Source of the DNA: Bugula neritina
Lineage: Eukaryota; Animalia; Bryozoa
Direction of reading: 5' to 3'
DNA: 15,610 nt
NCBI GenBank assembly: GCA_964035545.1
Contig: CAXIUT010000044.1
Span: 1 to 15,610, forward strand
Part shown: one piece after another, positions 10,658-15,610 of the stretch
How the letters are laid out: each line of letters begins with the position of its first letter
How positions within the stretch are numbered: the first letter of the stretch is position 1
Translations under genes and position numbers: made by a program
Notes under the pieces: model-generated
Told to the model about the DNA's origin: nothing
Databases searched by the model: none
The model's input: the letters and a program-made list of their open reading frames with translations, nothing else

Positions 10658-11967
10658 ATATTGTCCCCTTCATAATTAAACTGACAAGAAAAGATCTAAT
10701 CCTCATGTCCCTCAAGAACCTGCAACATCTTACAGCTCTAAACATCCCATAACCTCGCAGTCCGATCAAAACCAGCAGATAAAATCTTAGTTCCCTGAGG
10801 ATTAAACACCGCCTTTGATATCTCACCCTCATGACCCTTCAAAACAGCCGTACACTCAAAAGTAGACACATTGTATAACCTCATAGTAGTATCGACACTA
10901 GCTGTAACTAAGTTGGTTCCAATGGCGTTGAAGTTAAAGTCAAGGATCTAATCAGTGTGACCTCTCAATACTGACATGCATTGACCTGATCCAACATCCC
11001 ATATACGACACGTTTTGTCAATCGATGCCGTTCCGCACATATACCCTCCAAATTAAAATTGAGCTGATGATATCTAGCCAGAATGACCACGAAGAAGATG
11101 AATTGGCTCACCTGATTTGGTGTCCCAGATCTAAATAGAAGAAAATGTACGATTGCTGTGCCATCGAATGAACCTGTCAAAATTTTATCACCGTCAGCAT
11201 TGAAATTTAAAGAAACGATTTATCCTTAGTGTCCTCGAAGGGTGGAGTGTTCTTTACCTGTTTACAAATCCCATAGCTTAGCTGTTTGGTCCATAGATCC
11301 AGTCGCACATAAACTTTTATGAGGATCAAAAGCAACAGCAACAACTTAGTTCTGATGTCCAGCAAAAGTAGACAACAACTTACCACTATCAGTATCCCAC
11401 AACTTAGCAGTACAATCAAAACTACCAGTCAATATTTTGTCCCTAACTCTCATGATAAGTACCCAAAAGGAACATTAAAAGCCATGGCGTAGACAGCATT
11501 TTTATGCCCCTATAATTTATGTATCAAATTTCCAGTTTAAGTGTCCCATATCTGGCAAGTTCTATCATAGCTACCAGTTATAAATCTACATTATCATTCG
11601 ATTACTTATCGCCATTCTTATTAAAACAACAATTAGTCAATGGCAGAACATGAGCTTTAAGTGTTTTAAAACATTTAAAATGTTGATCTTTTTTCTACTA
11701 CAATTTCAGTATCAATTCTATATTAGTCATTATTAGTACTCTCTATCAACGACTTCAGTTGAGGTTTTTTGCTCTATGTTATAATTGGCTATTCTGCAGC
11801 TATTTCCTATACAAGCTCATCAACATCAGTTCTTTATAAATCAATGTTTACGAACTTGAGAGGTTAAGTAGGTCGATAGATTTGGTCTAGACCTATCCAT
11901 TATTACGGATATATTCTAGTAGAATGCCTGGAGGATAATATCTTAATAGAAATTTTTTGAGTTTCAT
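10657..11967 (-). CDS. DAW1: Dynein assembly factor with WD40 repeats 1 (DAW1/WDR69/ODA16), 3'-truncated at the telomere tract; 5 introns; 403 codons present
   Basis: N-terminus [19 protein letters not shown]...TKSIDLLNL, then [28 protein letters not shown] and WD40 repeats, ending [20 protein letters not shown] with no stop before the telomere. Confidence 0.92.
11131..11150 (-). other. 20-nt intron in DAW1
   Basis: gtacattttcttctatttag. Splicing restores DGTAI|IWD. Confidence 0.92.
11443..11462 (-). other. 20-nt intron in DAW1
   Basis: gtacttatcatgagagttag. Splicing restores FNVPFG|DKILTGSFD. Confidence 0.92.
11586..11605 (-). other. 20-nt intron in DAW1
   Basis: gtaatcgaatgataatgtag. Splicing restores NKNGDK|FITGSYD. 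Confidence 0.92.
11718..11739 (-). other. 22-nt intron in DAW1
   Basis: gtactaataatgactaatatag. Splicing restores SLIEK|LILKLEEK. Confidence 0.85.
11832..11851 (-). other. 20-nt intron in DAW1
   Basis: gtaaacattgatttataaag. Splicing restores DLLNLSSS|TDVDELVEEI. Confidence 0.9.
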
Positions 11968-12034
11968 TTGATGATTTTGTTTTAATTTACAAATATATGA
12001 TAGTAAATAAATTAATGATTGATATTTGATTATA

Positions 12035-12673
12035 ATGAAAGGACAATAAATTTCACCATGGTCCATCTACAACCCGAACAAAGAATATGATCATTAGTTT
12101 TCAGGATAAATTGGAGAAGATCAACCCAAAATCAACCAAAAAATCATAAAAAAAAGAATAACAGTCAAAAGTCATCGTTCATAACAGCTATCAAAACCAT
12201 AAAAAAAGTATTCATCGACTACTACTGTCACACCAAAAACAACTATTGAAGAAGATCATGTGAAATAGATTGAATAATTGCCAAAAATAAGTCAAAAATA
12301 GTTAGTTTAGTATGGATATGGTCTAAAATAATAATACCAAAAATCATTAATACTGACTCTTTTAACATAATAATTAAGAGCAAATGCAGTAGGTTTTTCT
12401 TTAAGACCATAATCTCCAGAATCACCACAAATTAAACAAAAAATAAATCATAAATAAAAAAAAATAGAATTACCTAAAATAACATCACTCAAAGAATGTA
12501 TCATCAGTAACTATCATTTAGAAGAACAATGTTAAAAAAATAATAATATGGATGAAGAAATAATGTGTAAATTGTTAAAACAAAGAATTTAAAGTATAAT
12601 CAGTCAAAAAATTAAAAATAAGTCTAAAAAATATAGAATACCCAGGCAACCTTCACCGTTTAACTTTGTATGA
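12035..12673 (+). CDS. Hypothetical protein, 212 aa (MKGQEISPWSIYNPN...RIPRQPSPFNFV)
   Basis: Open frame with UAR=Glu from ATG 12035 to TGA 12671-12673. Divergent from DAW1 across 67 nt. Confidence 0.72.
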
Positions 12674-12900
12674 TTTTTTTCTTTCTTATTTCTAACATTT
12701 AATTCTATTGATATCTAAAATATAGCTGATTTTGTCGTTTTATCAAAAGTGACATCTTTTCGAAGGTTTTAAAAATAATTTTAATCATAATACATAGAAA
12801 ATAGAGGATTAATTTCATTATTATGATTTAATATATGATTCAAAAATTGATTATATTGATAGATTAAGTATATTTAGGTAGTATTGATAGTATAATCCGA

Positions 12901-15270
12901 TCAAAAAATAGAATCCCAATTATGATCATAATCTTTCCTATCACAAACAGTTGAATTTTCTTTGAGATAATCTCCAATAGGCTTAGTTTTAGTTTTAAGT
13001 TGACTAATATTGATCAAATGTTCATTCGATAGATTGAATGGAGGACTTACTTTTTTACCCAACAATTAATGCTATATTAATAATTATGTACCCACTCTAT
13101 TTTCTAAAAAATAGCATGTTTCTTCAAATTACTATATGAACCATTCAGCCGAGATTATGGATTTTTGTTTAATAAGGTGCTAATGAAAGAGTTGATAGTT
13201 TTATCTGCCATATGTTTAGGAAATTTCAATGATTTATTGATAATTTATCTATATATTTCTAGAGGATCTTCTGCGTCTTAACCATATGGAACAAAACCAG
13301 CCATAAATTAATAAATAACCACACCTAGTGACCACAAATCAACAGGAAATGAATACCCTTTACCTCCCAAAGTCTAAGGAGCCATATAACTAGGAGTACC
13401 AATCATAGTAAAAGTCTTCTAAGTTCCTTTCAATTTTTTACAAGTACCAAGATCGATCAACTTCAAATAACCATCACTACAAACCATCACATTCTCTGGC
13501 TTAAGATCTCGATAGATAAGAGATTTATCATGTAAACTTTAAAGCATGTGCAGAAGTTGAGCAGCATAGAAAGTAGTTTCTTTTGGATTGAGAAGACCTA
13601 TCATACGAATAGCATCGAATAACTATATTCCGTTTATAAATTCAGTAAGGAAGTAGATATAACTTTTATCTTTATATGACCGAATAAATTCCATAATAAA
13701 TGGTGATGAGACTGCAGTCAGTGCCTCTTTTTCATAAATAAGATGCTTTTCAAGTGATACCTTTAAAGTCTATGCCTTTGATATCGATTTCAAAGCATAA
13801 CAGTTTGATTTGTTTTTGTCTGTTACAAGATATACATGGCCGAATTGTCCCTCTCCCAACTTTTTCATCACTTGGAAATCTTACAACTTCAAATTTTTAG
13901 ATATTTCATGCATATTACTTCTATTATTCTTCTGAGCCTAGATCATCTTATTTATTGAGTCACTATTCTGAATAGCTTCGTTCAAACTGCAACCAAATGA
14001 CTTTACTAGTTAGTCCAAAGTAGTCCAAGCTACCTTTCCTGCTTCTTTCATCCTTATATCGAATTTATAAAGGCTTATGGGATCTTCAAAGGACTGAATT
14101 CCATAAATTCTTGAACGTTTTGAACTGTCAGTAATATGATGTTGTCCTTCGGGAATAAAACAAATCATGTTTTTGCAAAAATCATCTTTTTTAACTACTG
14201 TATCACCCATCTTCACTGCTTTCAATTTGAAACAATCAATAGCTTTTTCTATGTATTAATCTGATAGTTTTTCAAAAATTTTACAGCTTTTAAGAGCCTT
14301 AAGCGCCTAATTTCTTAAAATAATGAGAGGAAGACTTCTTCCCAAAGCATTTTCAATATGCTAAATTCCAAGTGCAATCAATTAGACATCTTCAGCAGCT
14401 TTGATAGTATGTCTTCTGACTCCTCCCTTTGTTAAACTAGCATATTATTAAAGAGATTCTCCCTTTGTGACATTTCCTTTGAACTAATTATGTTTAAAAA
14501 GACTCAATTTACCAGATTTGAGTATATACATCGAAGCAGCCAGCTATCCTTCTTTGCATATCTATTTATTTTTTTCAAAACGTTGGTTAATTGCGATTGA
14601 AGCCAACTTATCTTTCTGACTTGTAGTCAAATAATCTTTATAATCAAATAGATACGAAAGAAAGCATTTTTTTAGATGAAGATTCTATTTTACTTATATC
14701 CTTTAGTTATCATACTTGCCATAGCACTTCTGAAGGTCTAACGATCAATAAACCATAAGAATGATGATTTAGATGCTTTGATCGATGCAGAACGAGGTGC
14801 TGAGTAGAGTAACGCTAGCTCACCAAAACCTTATCCAGCTTAAATATTTCTTTTAGCGACTCCATTGATTTAAACTGATAACTTTCCTTAATGAAGTATG
14901 AAGAAAGAACTGGCATTACTACCTTGTTTCATGAGATATTGTCCTTCAAGAACTTTGCATAATTTGAATTTTTCTAATACAAGTTATCTAAGTTCTTTAT
15001 CTTCAATGAGGTTGGTAAAGGTGAAATGACTTTTAAGACTTTTAAGGATTAGTGCTTTATCAGATGCTGTCTTTTTTTGCATAATTTCCATAAAGTTTTA
15101 ATAGATTTGATTGTCATAGGTTGCCCTTAATGCTCCCAACTTCTTTGATTTCCTTTTACCCTAAATCATATCAAAACTACCTCTTCCTGTTTAGATTCTT
15201 GTTTACCTTACAATTTTAAATCCATGATACTACTAAGTAGTCTATTGTCCTTTCTCTATGAGGTTTCCAT
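12901..15270 (-). CDS. cGMP-dependent protein kinase-like (alveolate PKG type), complement(join(12901..13071,13092..14635,14656..15160,15181..15270)), ~769 aa
   Basis: cNMP-binding domain with GFGELALLYSAPRSASI plus two degenerate cNMP domains. Kinase motifs LGEGQFGHVYLV, YALK, IYRDLKPEN, IDLGT, GTPSYMAPE and DLWSLGV, and a C-terminal WDSIF. Confidence 0.92.
13072..13091 (-). other. 20-nt intron in PKG
   Basis: gtacataattattaatatag. Splicing restores FEKIEW|HELLGKKVSPPF (AGC tail). Confidence 0.9.
14636..14655 (-). other. 20-nt intron in PKG
   Basis: gtatctatttgattataaag. Splicing restores ENRIFIEKNAFFH|YLTTSQKDKLA. Confidence 0.88.
15161..15180 (-). other. 20-nt intron in PKG (5')
   Basis: gtagttttgatatgatttag. 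Joins ATG 15270 in frame; the alternative is a start at Met ~15170 with no splicing. Confidence 0.7.
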
Positions 15271-15529
15271 GATCTAATATAAATTCTTCTAATGAAAGAA
15301 ATCTTTAAATATAAAAAGGAAGGATAAAAATATTGTTTGGTAGATAATAATTAACCTAGAATTGTAATAAACTTGATTTCTGATGATAAAAATAAGAAAG
15401 TAATAAAAATAAGATTTATTAATTTTTTTTTTCTGAGAAGATGATATTCTATTTGATATAAATTGTAGCTCATTAATATTTGATAATAATCAATCCCTTA
15501 TAAATATCAAATGAGTCTATTCATTGGCA

Positions 15530-15610
15530 GGGGTTGGGGTTGGGGTTGGGGTTGGGGTTGGGGTTGGGGGTTGGGGTTGGGGTTGGGGTTGGGGTTGGGT
15601 TGGGGTTGGG
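15530..15610 (+). repeat. Right telomere (GGGGTT)n
   Basis: GGGGTT array to the window end, with single G5 and G3 variants. Confidence 0.98.

Noticed and set aside
13261-13680. Standard ciliate code (UAR=Gln) or split code (UAA=Lys, UAG=Glu)
   Set aside because: These would give APQ, IYQF/IYKF, QIDGQ and DGKIQ/DGKIK at conserved Glu positions. Conserved Gln positions use CAA/CAG.
2089-14225. The supplied ORF track as gene calls
   Set aside because: It was computed with TAA/TAG as stops. Most entries are antisense or off-frame shadows of real genes. Only 2589..2774, 6464..6664, 14010..14225 and the first residues of 10965..11180 are fragments of true frames.
147-15270. Context-dependent or sense UGA (Trp/Cys/Sec) and programmed frameshifting
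   Set aside because: No gene model has an in-frame TGA, Trp and Cys use normal codons, and every frame change is explained by a GT-AG intron.
15560-15605. Variant telomere units (G5T2, G3T2) as a mixed telomerase template
   Set aside because: These are isolated homopolymer-length variants, compatible with sequencing error.

Overview
This is AT-rich ciliate macronuclear DNA. It has (CCCCAA)n at the left end, (GGGGTT)n at the right end and a third (GGGGTT)n tract inside at 10587-10657. The window therefore looks like a complete ~10.6-kb telomere-to-telomere minichromosome with 8 genes (1-10657), joined to a ~5-kb right-end piece of another chromosome with 3 genes, whose first gene (DAW1) is cut off at the junction. 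The supplied ORF track is misleading because the genes do not use the standard code. In-frame TAA and TAG both fall at conserved Glu positions (kinase APE and IYEF, DGK QIDGE and DGKIE, WD40 GHxxE/LEGH), so UAR=Glu, as in the peritrich nuclear code (NCBI table 30), and TGA is the only stop. Hand translation gives 11 gene models: a diacylglycerol kinase, a GT2 glycosyltransferase, a PWWP protein, DAW1/ODA16, a cGMP-dependent protein kinase, a possible Rap1-like protein and five hypothetical proteins. They contain 11 tiny GT-AG introns (ten of 20 nt, one of 22 nt). All 10 stops are TGA-T, and intergenic gaps are as short as 8 nt. All calls come from manual reading; no database search was run.
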